DNA from: Antedon mediterranea
Lineage: Eukaryota; Animalia; Echinodermata
DNA: 64,000 bases
NCBI RefSeq assembly: GCF_964355755.1
Contig: NC_092679.1
Coordinates: 10,957,432-11,021,431 of the forward strand
Direction of reading: 5' to 3'
The notes under the pieces are model-generated. The model saw nothing but the letters and a program-made list of their open reading frames with translations, ran no database searches and was not told the origin of the DNA. This document shows positions 38,137 to 51,579 of this stretch, one piece after another. Position numbers and translations under genes: made by a program. The first letter of the stretch is position 1. Every line of letters begins with the position of its first letter.

Positions 38137-41100
38137 TTAATCTTTCTTTATTCTGAAATACACTTTCAATACAATGTACTGATTTCCAAAGTGGTTCAGT
38201 TCTTAACTACATAAATGTAAACAAAATACAGCAGTACATAAATGGACAAAAGAAAATATAAAATTAAACCTAAAATTATCAAAAAGTTTTGAAATTTGTA
38301 ATTTGAAAGTTGATACTGTCATATCATAAAGATCATTTTTTATTTTGTTAGGTAGAAAGTTCCATAATTTTGTAGATCTGTAATTAAAAGTTCTTTTACC
38401 TTGAGTATTATTCCATTTGGGTATTATCAAAGTGTTGTTACTTTGACTTCGTGTACCTTTATTGTGACTCTCTTCAGTAAATATAAATTGAGTTGATAAA
38501 TAGGGTGGTGCATGTCCATTTAGGCACTTGAAAAGTAATATTAGAATATGTTCATTCCATTTGTCCTTTAGTGTACTCCAACCAAGTGAGTTTAGGATAT
38601 CACTAACATGAGTTTTGATATCTACAGATAATAATATTCTACCTAATCTATTTAATAAAATTTGAAGAGAATCTGAAAAGTTTACTTTACAATTTGACCA
38701 GACACAACTACAATAATCAAATAAAGGAATAACTAGTGCATTGGCTAACATTTTCAGAGTGTTTGATCTTGGAATAAAATATTTTATACGACGTATAACA
38801 CCAATGCATTTGGCAACTTTTGATGAAAGGCTATCAATATGATCCGCCCATGTTAGTTGAGTGTCAAAAGTTACACCTAAATATTTAAAAGAATTTACTC
38901 TCTCAATAATATGGTTATTAAAAGAAACAGAGATATTTTTAAACTTACTATACATGTGAGTAGTACTAAAAACCATAAGCTTTGTCTTTTTAATATTTAA
39001 TGTTAGTTGGTTACCATTAAGCCATTGAGTAACTTGATTAAAATTTACATCTATTTCATTTTGAAGCCTAAGTGGGTCAGATGAACTACATAAAAGTGTG
39101 GTATCATCAGCATACATGACACATTTACATGATAAAGAATTAGGAAGTGAGTTAACATATAAACTAAAAAGCAATGGTCCTAATATTGAACCTTGAGGAA
39201 CTCAGATATTTACATTCAGTGATTCAGATTTACATGAATTAATACTAACAATTTGAGATCTTTGACTAAGATATGATTTAAACTATTTAAGCTCGGTACT
39301 ATTTATTCCAAAACCCCTTAATTTATTACGCAAGATTTGATGATTTACCATATCAAAGGCCTTTTTTAGGTCCAGGAATATAGCAGCTGTTGAAATAATT
39401 ACTTGGATCTGATTTATCTCCTTCTTTATATATGGGCGTCACTTTTGCTTGTTTCCATTCATATGGAAAAATTGATGTAAACAATGATAGATTACAAATG
39501 TAGCAAAGTGAATCACATATTATTGGTGCTGCTAATTTTAAAAGTTTACAATTTATATTGTCAATTCCGGTGGCTTTATTACTGGAAAATTTGCATATTT
39601 CATCAAAAATATAGTCAGATGCAAGATAATCAAATTTAAATTTATCTACAAGACTGTAATCTGTTGTCTTATTGATATTAGTATTTTAAAAATTTACTTG
39701 CTAAAGAATTTCCTATTGACGTAAAATGAATATTTAATTCATTTGCTGTGTCCTTATCCGTAGTTGTATAATTTTCATTTTTATAAACCCTATTTACAGT
39801 TGATTTTGGTTTTGGAATTAGTTTATTTATGGTGTTCCATAGTTTTTTTGGGTTTTTAGTATTTTCTTTGATGGTGTTAGTACAATATTTCTTTTTTAGG
39901 TTCCTGTTGAGATTGTTCACTTTGTTTCTTATTTGTTTAGCTGTGTCCCAATCTTTAGAATCATTAGTTTTATGAGCCTTTTTATAATAATAATCCCTAT
40001 CTTTAGTTAATGTTATGTAATCTTTTGTTATCCATTCAGGAAGTGAGCCTTTGACCCTCTTTGTTTTAAGAGGGGCATGGCGATTACATAGGCTACTGAA
40101 TAAGCTTTTCCATAGTAACCAAGCTGAATTAACATCTGTTGAGAGTTTAATCTGATCCCAGTCAATACTTTTAAGATCATCAATAAATTTATGTTCATAA
40201 ATTTTGTTTAAAGAACGAGATTTAATAAATTTAGGAGGAATATTAACTTTTTTGGTTTTTCTTATTAAATAGGTTAAAGAGTGATCACTTATACCAAGAC
40301 TTGACACCCCTGCTGTTGAAATATCCAAATTTGTAACAAATATTAAATCAATTATAGTTTTACTTGTATTAGTTATCCTAGTAAAATCATGTATTAGTTG
40401 GTTTAAATTACTATTTTTGGCCAATTTATTAATTTTACCTGCATTTTTCTTGTTACTTATATCTAAATTAAAATCACCTAAGATCACAACATCGTTAAGA
40501 GGTGCATTGTTGAAACATAGTGTCAAGTTCATTTAAATATTCAGCCTTTGCACTTGGTGGTCTATAGATATTTCCTAAAAGTAATGGTTTAGAATATGGC
40601 AAGTTAAATTCAACCCAGAGAGCTTCAATACTTTCAACCCTAAAATTGTAGATCTCTTTAAAGCGGATACCATTTTTTATATAGCATAATACTCCACCAC
40701 CTGATTGTGAAAGTTGTCTATCCAGTCTACATATTTCATATCCATTTATCCATATCTCATTATTATCAATACTGCTATTTAGCCAAGTTTCAGTTATACA
40801 AAATATATCATAATTATGTTCATTAAGGAGTGTTTTAACACTGTCCAACTTATTTCTAAGTGACTGGATATTTAAATGAGCAAGTTTAAAACCTTTTTTA
40901 TAAATAATATCGGAATAATCAGAACTTGAGTAACTTAAGGGATTATTATTAAAAGGAAGTTCTGATATGGCAATTTTTCTAAAGCAATCATTACACCACC
41001 ACCTATCTGGATAAGTAAATAGATTATTGTCTATATTATAAGATAAATTAAAGTTTAAAAAACAATTATACTCTAGTAGCTAGATCAACTTTCGTATGCA

Positions 41101-44100
41101 CTTTGAGGTCCAGAGAATTTGACTTCAGAAATTGGTTTAGGGTGGTCAAACAATCATTTTTGGCTTGGTTACACATTTTGAAAATGTGGCGAAAGGTCAA
41201 AAGGTCAGGGTGAAAGGTCATAAGACCAAACACCAATATGTCCTTAAATCTCAACAACCACTGGTCACAGCGAAGTAATTTTGGTCTCAAATTGATCAGA
41301 AGGTATACATTTATATTCAGTCTAATGGGACATTTTAGTTTAAAATGACCGGAAATGCCATTTCTGACCTTTGACCCACAACCCAGGGCATGTATTTATC
41401 TCCGTAACTACTGGTCGTAGACACTTGAATTTGGTTTTAAATTGTTCGAAATATATATTTTGTTATTTGAAAAACATTTTGAAAAATGTTACAAAAGGTC
41501 AAAGGGTCAGGGTCAAGGGTTATATAAACAAATAAATGTACTTGTATCTCGGCAACCACTGGTCGCAGCAAGTCAATTTTGGTCTCAAAATGTTCAGAAG
41601 GCATGCATTTATATTCCGTCTAATGGGGCATTTTAGTAAAAAATTATCAGAAATGCCATTTCTGACCTTTGACCCACATACCAGGGCATCTTCATATCTC
41701 TGTAAGTACTGGTCGTAGAAACTTAAATTTGGTATCAAATTGTTCGAAATATACATATTTACATTCATTGTAATAGAAAATGTGGTTAAAAGATGAACAG
41801 AAAATACTATTACTAATGTTTCAAACAAAAAACATATCTCTACACAACTTATCCTTAGACAGTAATGTTATGCAATATGATACTTTAAATTGTTTCAATT
41901 TCAAGTAGGCCTACAAGTTATTGCTGTCCACGAGAACATTTTGATATAAACGTCAAGCTCAACAGTTCTTTTCAGAATGCTAGAAGTAACTTGCCATGTG
42001 TATCCGATTAAACGCCCCGGGCATTTATTGTTCAAAAGGGTTTTTAGGGGGAGGGGAGGCATCTTTATTTGGGGTATAATATGGTAACATGTATAATCAA
42101 ATAAATACCACCTAGATGTAAAAAATACAGCACAATTAATATAAAAAATGATAACATTATGTCAAAATGCTTGGTAAATTGTAGATTATGGTAATTAATG
42201 AAATGTGTTGTGATACAATTATTTTGTAAATGCATGTGGCGGAGCGTTTATTCCACATGATGTTCTATTGGAGGGAATGGAGGCTTTTATTCAAAGCGGG
42301 TGTTAATTCGAATAAATACTCGAGCTCAACAGTTAAGAATGCTAGAAGTAACTTACTATAGTTACCCGAATAAAAGGTCCGGGCATTTAGTTATTCAGGG
42401 AAGGCGTTTATTTTGTTTGGGTGTAATAATGGTAACATGTATAATCAAATAAATACACCCCAGATAAAAAAAAAAAAAATTAATATAATAAGAATAATAA
42501 CTGGATTAAACCTCATTCTATCCTGTTGCAAGTACAATCATGTAATAAAAGGTATCACAGACAACTATAATAGACCAATTCATTGTCATTATTCCGTAAC
42601 ACTGTTGCATAATATTTTTGAATGTTACCGACAAAACGTATACATAATATGTATAAGTTTTGTCGGTGTATATTATACACGTCTGTTCCCAGTGTAGATA
42701 ATAAAACAATATATGTTTCTGGAGATTTATTATCAATACCACTAGAAACTTTGACATGTTTTAGGTACTGAATTCATTGACAATATAAGCATCAGAGGTT
42801 ATCATGATAAAATCATACTACAACACTGTACTACAGTACACAAGGGTGTTTTCAGGAAAGCTGGACATATTGTACAATAGTAATGAAGCTATGTATTGGC
42901 ATTTAAAAATATGCAAAAGATTGTCAAATTGTAGTCACAAACAAACAGATGATAGAATGAAGATCCATTATGAGTGCAATTGTGTCAGGATAATGATATG
43001 TCATTGTTTTATATCATTATACTGGCACCTGGAAGAGAAGATCCATTTAATGTTATCTATGACAGTGTCACTTTTATTCTAAAAGACAGAAACATTTCGT
43101 TAAAAAGCATAAAGAAGAAAACGAATCATGTAAAGTACCTTTTATCAGTTGAGAAACGAATTATAATTATTAAAATTAGAGTATACACCCGCTTTGAATA
43201 AAAGCCTCTCTCAAATAAACGCCACCATTCCCTCTAATAGAACACCATGTGGAATACGCCCGCCACATGCATTTACACAATAATTGTATCACAACACATT
43301 ACATTAACTACCATAATCTACAATTTACCAAGCATTTTTTTAACTTTTTGATATTAATTGTGCTGTATTTTTTTTTACATCTAGGTGGTATTTATTTGAT
43401 TATACATATTACCATATTATACCACAAATAAAGATGCCTCCCCTGCCCTTTGAACAATAAATGCCCGGGGAGTTTAATCGGATACACATGGCTAGTTACT
43501 TCTAGCATTCTGAAAAGAACTGTTGAGCTTGACGTTTCTATCAAAATGTTCTTGGGGACAGCAATAACTAGTACTTGAAATTGAAACAATTTAAAGTATC
43601 AGTTATTGCATAACATTACTGTCTAAGGATAAGTTATGTACTGGTACTGGTACTGGTATGTTTTTTGTTTGAAACATTAGTAATAGTATTTCTGTTCATC
43701 TTTTAACCACATTTTCTATTACAATGAATGTAAATATGTATATTTCGAACAATTTGATACCAAATTTAAGTTTCTACGACCAGTACTTACAGAGATATGA
43801 AGATGCCCTGGTATGTGGGTCAAAGGTCAGAAATGGCATTTCTGATAATTTTTGACTAAAATGTCCCATTAGATTGAATGTGAAAGCATGCCTTCTGAAC
43901 ATTTTGAGACTAAAATTGACTTGCTGCGACGAGTGGTTGCCGAGATACAAGTATCTATTTTTATTTGTTCATATAACCTTTGACCCTGACCCTTTGACCT
44001 TTTGTAACATTTTTAAAAATGTGCTACAAATAATAAATATTTATTTCAAACAATTTAAGACCAAAATTAAGTGTCTACGATCAGTAGTTATGGAGATACA

Positions 44101-44990
44101 TACATGCCCTGAGGTGTGGGTCAAAGGTCAGAAATGGCATTTCCGGTCATTTTTGACTAAAATGTCCCATTAGACTGAATATAAATGTATACCTTCTGAT
44201 CAATTTGAGACCAAAATTACTTCGCTGTGACCAGTGGTTGTTGAGATTTAAGGACATATTGGTGTTTGGTCTTATGACCTTTCACCCTGACCTTTTGACC
44301 TTTCGCCACATTTTCAAAATGTGTAACCAAGCCAAAAATGATTGTTTGACCACCCTAAACCAATTTCTGAAGTCAAATTCTCTGGACCTCAAAGTGCATA
44401 CGAAAGTTGATCTAGCTACTAGAGTATTATTACAAGTTAGCCTAATATTTAAAGAATGTACACTTTTACATAGGTTATTAACATTATTATTAGTAATAAT
44501 ACATAAATCATTATTTTCTGGTAAGATATCGTAATCATTCAGTATTGTCCCGGCTTGATCTTTATTGAGTTTAATACTTTTGGTAGTTGAAATGTCTTGA
44601 GAGTTTTCATTGTCTAGATAGTTTTTAGTTGAAGATAACAATTTAGGACTAAAAGTTTCATTAATTTCGGCATTGACTTCCTTACCTTCTGCTCACCTAG
44701 TATCATGTTGATTGGGACAATACTTTGCTTTATGGCCTTCCTGTTGACAAATCCAACATAATACAGGTGTACCATGTCGACAAACCCGTTGAACATGTCC
44801 TGTTTCACCACAAAAATGACAGGAACTAGATGGTGTCCCCAATCTCCAGGATCTCTTCCGTAAAGCAGATGTTCCATACTTGTTTAGGTGTAATCCATGT
44901 CTTGTGTATTTAGACTGAGGCATCTAGACCACACGTTGACAGAAAAGCTTTAGAATTATTTATAAAGTTACCTTTGAAAATTGATTGTAG
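38137..44990 (-). mobile_element. CR1/L2-group LINE with ORF1 3' part (SGNH-like GLHLN plus two CCHC knuckles), APE and RT, split by the foldback element
   Basis: HGLHLNKYG, CHFCGETGHVQRVC, CWICQQEGHKAKYC, HLNIQSL, ITETW, YRPP, GDFN, SDH and YADDT. The frame LTCNN|CFLN rejoins across 41069-44426. Confidence 0.9.
41069..44426. mobile_element. 3.36-kb non-coding foldback element with ~1.24-kb inverted arms and 3-bp TSD TTA, probably non-autonomous Academ-type
   Basis: 41069 to ~42304 is the reverse complement of ~43186-44426. Termini TACTCTAGTAGC/GCTACTAGAGTA, with TTA at 41066-41068 and 44427-44429. Confidence 0.9.
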
Positions 44991-45011
44991 TCGTTCGTTC
45001 GCCTGGAGTAT

Positions 45012-46885
45012 TTTTATTTATTTTTTATTTATTTATTTCCTTTATTGCATCAAGTAAGCAGTGATGAAGTTGACATAAATATAATAGTAAATATGTAAAC
45101 ACATAGTATAACACAGTCCAAACAAGTAATACTAAAATAAATCATAGTCCACAAATCAGTCTTTCAATGGCCATCATAGTACATCCAGTAACACAAACCA
45201 ATAGGGGTTCACAATTTGCTTATCATAACTCAGTTACTGATCATTCACCAATCATTGAAAACTCCGTGGAAAGTAATGAAGTTTTTTGTGCGTTGTGTCC
45301 GGACTTTGGGGAGGGTGAACGATCTAACGCGTCGGAGCTGATGGTTGTGTGTGGGAGGTTTAGGTAAGAGAGAGTGTAATATATGATCTTCTTTTTTCAT
45401 TTTATCAAAGAATTTTCTTGACAACTTCTCGCGGCGTTCAGATAGAGTGATGATGTTAAGGTATCTGCGGGTATCAGCATACGAGGTACCATCGGGGCAT
45501 ATTATGTTACACGCTCTTCTTTGGACATGTTCGATTTGGTCAGATTGTGCTTTGGATAAACTCGGGGACCAAACAGCACAGGCATATTCGAGAACTGGTC
45601 GTATCACTGCTTGATAGTATCGGAGCAGTTCCAGTCTATCTAGGCCAGACCTCTTGAGTTGCTTAAGAAAAAACAACCTTGGTACAACGCGCTTGATTAA
45701 ACAGTCAACATGCGTCTGCCACGACAATTTACGGTCAAGATTGACACCTAGTAACTTTGTTTTATTCTTTATATCAAACCAACAGTGTAAAACACCAATA
45801 ACAGGTTGAAAATAAAAGCTAAACTATAAAATATGAGCCTATAAAAATATACAAATGAAAAAGAAAATTTTAATAATTTCATTAATAATACATTTAAATT
45901 GAGAAAAATTACAGTTAAAAATATCTAAAGAATTATTTTTTAAAATACAAGAATTGTACAATGACGAGAGTCTACAGAAAATACCATTTTTACAAACATT
46001 GACACGAGAAAATTTAACATGAAGAAAGGGTTTACTACGAAGATTACGAACAGGAACATTAAAATAAAACAACGAAACAAGATCACAATCAAACTTAGAA
46101 GTAAGACATTTATACAGGAAGTGTATGCTCAACACACTTGACTTCAGATCCATTCACAGTGATTGGGTCAAACTCAGTTGGTGTTCTCTTACATGTAATG
46201 CGCAGTTCAACCGATTTTTTCTCATTCAGTTTCATACCATTTTCTTCGCACCATTTAAATATACTGTTCATACTATCTTGAATTTTGCACTCGGAGTTCT
46301 TATTATATCTTTGGTAAAAGGTGGTATCGTCCATATATTTCATAAGCGGCAGATCGACCTGGAGGTCATCAATGAAGGCAACAAACAGGATTGGACCAAG
46401 CCATGATCCTTGTGGGATTCCTCCGTTTGGTTTTAGCCATGGTGAGAAGATATTCTTCAATTTCACTCTGTGTTTTCTATCTGCAAGAAAAGCTTGAATC
46501 CATGCTACAAGAACTTCGTCGATACCTATGTTCTTTAACTTTCTAATTAAAATGTGGTGGTCAATCATATCATACGCTTTGCTAAAATCCAATAGGAGAG
46601 CACGTACTTCCTCGCCATCATCAGTGGCTTGGTACCAGTGATGCAATGATGAGATGAGGGCGTCAGTTGTTGAGACCCCCTTTGAGCTACCAAATTGGTT
46701 GTTTGATAGTTTGTCTTTCAGCTGGTCCCAAACAAGACTACCAATTAAGCTCTCTACAATTTTTGCAGCTACAGATATTAACGAAATGGGTCGGAGATCG
46801 GTTTGGACACAGCGAGGGAGGTTTATTTTTGGTATTGGCACAATATTAGCCATTTTCCAGTCATCCGGGATATACGACTCTTTTG
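45012..46885 (-). mobile_element. 5'-truncated LINE (RT and 3' UTR) of a different family, containing a nested LINE 3' fragment at 45761-46121
   Basis: DLRPISL, DFSKAYD, GIPQGSWLGP and KYMDDT. The frame VEHT|KLLGV rejoins across the insert (TGT duplicated). A/T-rich tail near 45012-45045. Confidence 0.88.
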
Positions 46886-48049
46886 ACTCTATTTTGATAT
46901 TGAGTTGTGGGTCATCTAGACGTTGGCAAATTCCTGATACATAGATTTTTCCAGATATTCTGTTCTGCAGATCATGGACCAGTACTGCACATCAAGGTAT
47001 TGTACGAACTAAAAACAGGATTAGAGAACTATACTGGTTTCCTGCTATAGATCGTAAAGTAGAAGATAAAATTCAGAATTGTGAACCGTGTCAAAATAGT
47101 GATAAGACGGCTAAAACTTACAATGCGCCATTACAACCAGAATGGCAAAAAGTTGCTATTGATATAATAGGCCCATTTGAAAAGGGACCTAGAAAGTGTA
47201 GATATGCTATTGTGCTAGTTGACTATTTCAGTAAATGGCCAGAAGTTTCTTTTACTAATGATATTACATCTACATTTGTATGTTATTTTCTAGACCAGAT
47301 ATTTGCAAGAGAAGGATTACCAAATGAGTTGGTATCCGATAATGGGAAACAATTTGTATCCATAGAGTTTGAAAATTATTTAAAAGAGAGAGGTATTAAG
47401 CACATTAGAACATCATTGTACAATCCTAAAAGTAATAGATTAGTTGAGAGAATGAATAGAATTAAACATACCATTCAAATGGCCAATGAAAATAATAAGA
47501 ATTGGAATGAGGCCATGTTAGAATTTCTCATGATCTATCGATCTACACCACATGCTGTTACACGCATATCTCCTGCAGAATTATTACATAAGCGTAAATT
47601 AATTACTACACTAAATGTAAGACCTACAGATGGTTACCAAAATGGAATTAAAAATACTGAGGTAAAGGAATGAGTTAAAAAGTTCCAAAGTAAAAGTAAG
47701 AAGTATTACGATGATAAGAAAAATGTGAGGAAACCACAATTTAAAGTTGGAGATTCAGTACGAATTAAGAATCCGAGACATGTTGATAAATCAAGTAATA
47801 AGTTCTATACTGGAGGTAAAATTAAAAGAATTGTTAGTAATGCTACATATGATGCTTTACATAATGTCTTAGATCATTTATCTTATATTTATATTATATT
47901 TTATTTATGTTATTTAAGGAAAGTCTTTAAACAGTGATTGGGTTCGCTTGTGACAATCCTGGCTTTTTGTTTCATTATATATTTTTATGTATTCTGTTGT
48001 AATTGTAATGAGCCGATATTGAATAAATCAAGTCAAATCAAATAAAATC

Positions 48050-50290
48050 TTCTCTGTTTGGCAAGGGAAAAGTTAAACTAGCATCAAAGCTTGAAAAAAT
48101 CAGTAATCTAGAGAAAATGGATGTGTTTTATTCAGACACCCCCCCACAAATGAGGGGATACACAAAGCAGGCATCTCATTGATGCAACTAATGTGGTAAT
48201 CCATTAAGAGTAAATGGTAGCGAAGGGTAGCTTAACAATAGAGCGTCTACCTCATCCAGTGGCGTATCCAGGATTTTGAAGTTGGGGGGGGGGGGGGGCC
48301 GGGAATTGCCAATTTGCCGACAAAATTGGTGTCATTATCTGTACATACAAGACGTCTCTGATCAATATATGTTCTAGGATTACATAGTCATATTGTCTTA
48401 TATGGGATAACGATGCAAAATTAAAACCAAACCAACATTATCTGTTAGTATGTTGTATTCATATTACAATAAAGAAAGAATTAGGAAAATCTGATTTGTA
48501 GTATAGGGTGTAAAACATCGCCGAAATGATCGTTTTTAGCCACAAAAGAAGTAAAACAATTTGCGGCCTCAGTCGACAATTCTATTAACTACGCCATTTT
48601 TGGTTAAAATAATTACATATAATTACGTTTTTTAGTAATTTATTTTATATATCACCATTGGAAATATCAATAAAACATGTTATTAAATGCTTATAAAATA
48701 TATAAAGTTGTTTACTTAACGGAATTTGGACAAATTCATTGCTCTAACTTTGTGTAGTAACGATCAGAGAGATTCATGGTACACGCGCGAGAGAAAACAT
48801 TCAGCTGCGGGTGATTCGCATCCACCAATCAAATCAGCTAGAATCCTAAATCATCCAACCGTGAGCAATGCCAATCCCGAGAAAGCTCAGCTTTGATTGG
48901 CTTACGATGACATCATATCACAAAATGGTAGTTTTGTAGTTGAGCCTCACGGAATATTCTGTTCCAAAAATGAAATAGGACCTACATGGATATTTTTTAT
49001 GGTATATGTGCTTTTTCTTAAAAAATTTTGAATAATAAAGGCCTCATATCGAGAAAAAAAACGGGTTTTTGGCACTTATAATAAATATATCTTAGACAAA
49101 AATTTAAAAGCACATGGCATGTGGAACTATATAATCTCTTAGCGTAGGAAGACATACAAATCCCAGGTCATGAGAGGCTCAACTGCATGCAAAAACAAGG
49201 TTTTAGGGTAAGGTCAAAGACTTTTGAGTAAACAATCTACAGCGTACGGCCGTACGTACGTGCTACACATTTTTTACGTGTTTCGTTAGATGTAATGAAA
49301 ATAAAAAATAGTTGATCTGAAGGGATCAATGATGATATGATATGTAAATAAACAAACACTCAAAAGAATTATGTTTACAGTTCAATTATTGTCAGAATAA
49401 ATAGTTTATTTTTTTTCCCGGCACCTTTGTTTGCCGACGGCCGCGATGATGTGCCGACGGAAACGAAATCAGGGGGGGCCCGGGCCCCCCGGCCCCCCTA
49501 CTGGATACGCCACTGACCTCATCCTACAGCACTGGAGGAAATTAGCACATATTGAAATTGATGCCACCAAATACAGTTGAAAAAACATCAATGGTGAACT
49601 AACACCAGTCCTAACATTAGACTAATATGCTAATATGTTATCTGTTTTAACTGTAAATCGGGAAATGGTAATGAGATGTGTACAACGAATAGATGTAATT
49701 GTACAACGAATAGATGTAATTGTAGAAAGAGTAAGCTTAAATGCTTAAGTGCATGTGGGTCATGTATGGGCAAATGTGAAAATGGCTCATGTAACTTTTC
49801 ATTAAGTGACCATGATTTTTCTGATGAGGACACCCAGGCTTTACTGACACAGTAATAATCTGGCTAGTCTCAACAAAAAAAAATCATCAGCTTTCATCTA
49901 AGTGACGGTGTATGTTTTAAATAAAGTTGATTATTTGGTAAAAATAACATATCATTGTACGTCTATAATTACATGTACTGTAGATTTTAAACTATTACCA
50001 ATAATAAGGAATCTTTAGTAAGCAACCGACTGGGAGCAATATCCAAGTTTTGGTGTTATTACATGATGAATGTGATTTTTTTCTCAAGGTTTTCTAAGGT
50101 TAAAAGTCAATAAAACCATACTTCTTGTCACAATTGGACATAATGTTCAATTATACCAAATGAGACATACATGTTCTTAACAATTTGAGACCAATATGAA
50201 GATTATGCGACCAGTAGCTATCGAGATATAATAAGCTGAGGTCAAAGATTATACTGTGTATACTGTATAGTATATGACACAAAATTAACA
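48050..50290 (+). mobile_element. Academ remnant (C-terminal Cys-rich domain and subterminal region)
   Basis: About 49590-49785 reads NGELTPVLT...NCKSGNGNEMCTTNRCNC(TTNRCNC)RKSKLKCLSACGSCMGKCEN. The GACCAGTAGCTATCGAGATA..GGTCAAAG motif is shared with the other Academ ends. Boundaries are approximate. Confidence 0.55.
48257..49515. mobile_element. Non-autonomous hAT element, 8-bp TSD
   Basis: 15-bp TIR CAGTGGCGTATCCAG. TSD ACCTCATC at 48249-48256 and 49516-49523. Confidence 0.93.
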
Positions 50291-51579
50291 GAATTCAGCA
50301 CTAACAACATGTCATATTCTTCATTTCAGGTCATAAATGCCATAATCTTTTTCTGTGTGCAATATTCCGTAACCAGAATTCGTCATAGTGACAAGTTCAA
50401 ATCTAGTTTTACCACATTTTGTTTTATTTTAACTTCAATTATATTTTCTAGGGATGTATCAACCTTCTTCCACGTCTTCTCTTTTTCCTTATGATTTTTC
50501 TTTTTGCACTCCTCCTCCCTCTCCTGCTTCTGCTCATTCTCTAGAATCATCTACAACTAATTCTCTACCTACGCTCCAATCTTCTCCTTTCTTTCCTTCA
50601 AGCCAGTATTCTTCTCCACTTCACACCCCTACTTCTAATATATCCCTAGTTTGTTTTCCACCAACTCCTCCTAATTATCCTTCCTTTGGCCCCATTTACC
50701 CTTTCCTCACTTAGTTCCCCAACTGCGTTTTCTGTTTCATGGTATAGTATTGTTTTATTGCTTTCTATACTACTGTAACCCCAGAAGTTAAAGTCACGCT
50801 ATAGAGGGCGTTCATAGAGAGAACCTCGTGGGTAAAAAGAGAGAGGTGAGATACATCATTGCTGTCCATCACATTTTTAAATATGTTTGTTTTACTTTCA
50901 TAAAGGGATGTGATGTACCCAGCGGACAATAGGCCATTCTTCTACATAACCAAATTCAAGTTGTGCAACAGATTCTTCCATTGGAAAGTATCAGATAAAA
51001 GGAAAGACCTCTTCCTTCTAAAAGGCGTGAAATGATTCGAATATTGGCCAACGACATTTTCAAAAAATGTTGTAAACCAACAAGGTTGCTTCAAAGGTAG
51101 TTTCAGAATGTTCAGAAAGTTTTAAAGTCTGTTTGGATGATATAGTTGTTGGAACTGGTCAGGATTTAAAAAAGCTATGAAGGATATTCATTCAAAAAAA
51201 AAGATTGGAGTTTAGACGATATAAAAGACTATCTTGATAATACATATCCTACTGTACGGCTTCTTATAAATGATGGCACTAATTCCATTGCAAATTTAAA
51301 GTATGAGTGGCCATTTCTGTTTGAGAAAATTGGATTACTCCATCATTTCAAAAGATTAGTGGGTATTGAAATATTTGACAGTTAGTACTAACTAAAATTC
51401 CCAGAGTATTACAGTTCTGAGTTCATGAATGCAAAACAAAGAACAGCACTCAGGAAAATTTTGAAGGAAATAGTGGAAGCAAAGCATGATGGTACCAAAG
51501 GCCCTGATGTTCTTGGCCTTTTGATGGTATTGGCAACATTTTTCGGAGGAAACAAATGAATTAATAATTGTTAATGTTA

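Larger units (their letters stand above)
34225..47870 (+). mobile_element. Third Gypsy element, fragmented (LTR 34225-34345, gag 34385-34423 and from 35712, PR/RT/RH to ~38135, integrase ~46985-47870)
   Basis: TGTTA...TAACA LTR, PBS TGGCGACGAGGAT (tRNA-Ser-like) at 34349, ERYKFRQRRQ, IDTGS, WVSPIVVV and LDLRSAYHQ. IPKSLQCKIIDQA resumes as HQGIVRTK...VDYFSKWPEV, SDNGKQF. Confidence 0.88.

Noticed and set aside
41066-44534. Duplicated short ORFs MRPKLLRCDQW on both strands as a gene pair
   Set aside because: These are by-products of the inverted arms with no protein-like features. The same applies to the MLFQTTLGTYPEK ORFs at 26845 and 27339.
50290-50855. Minus-strand Glu-rich gag-like tract with a short TG...CA segment (50774-50855)
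   Set aside because: No PBS, TSD or recognisable domain. The Pro/Ser ORF at 50454 only reflects CT-rich composition.
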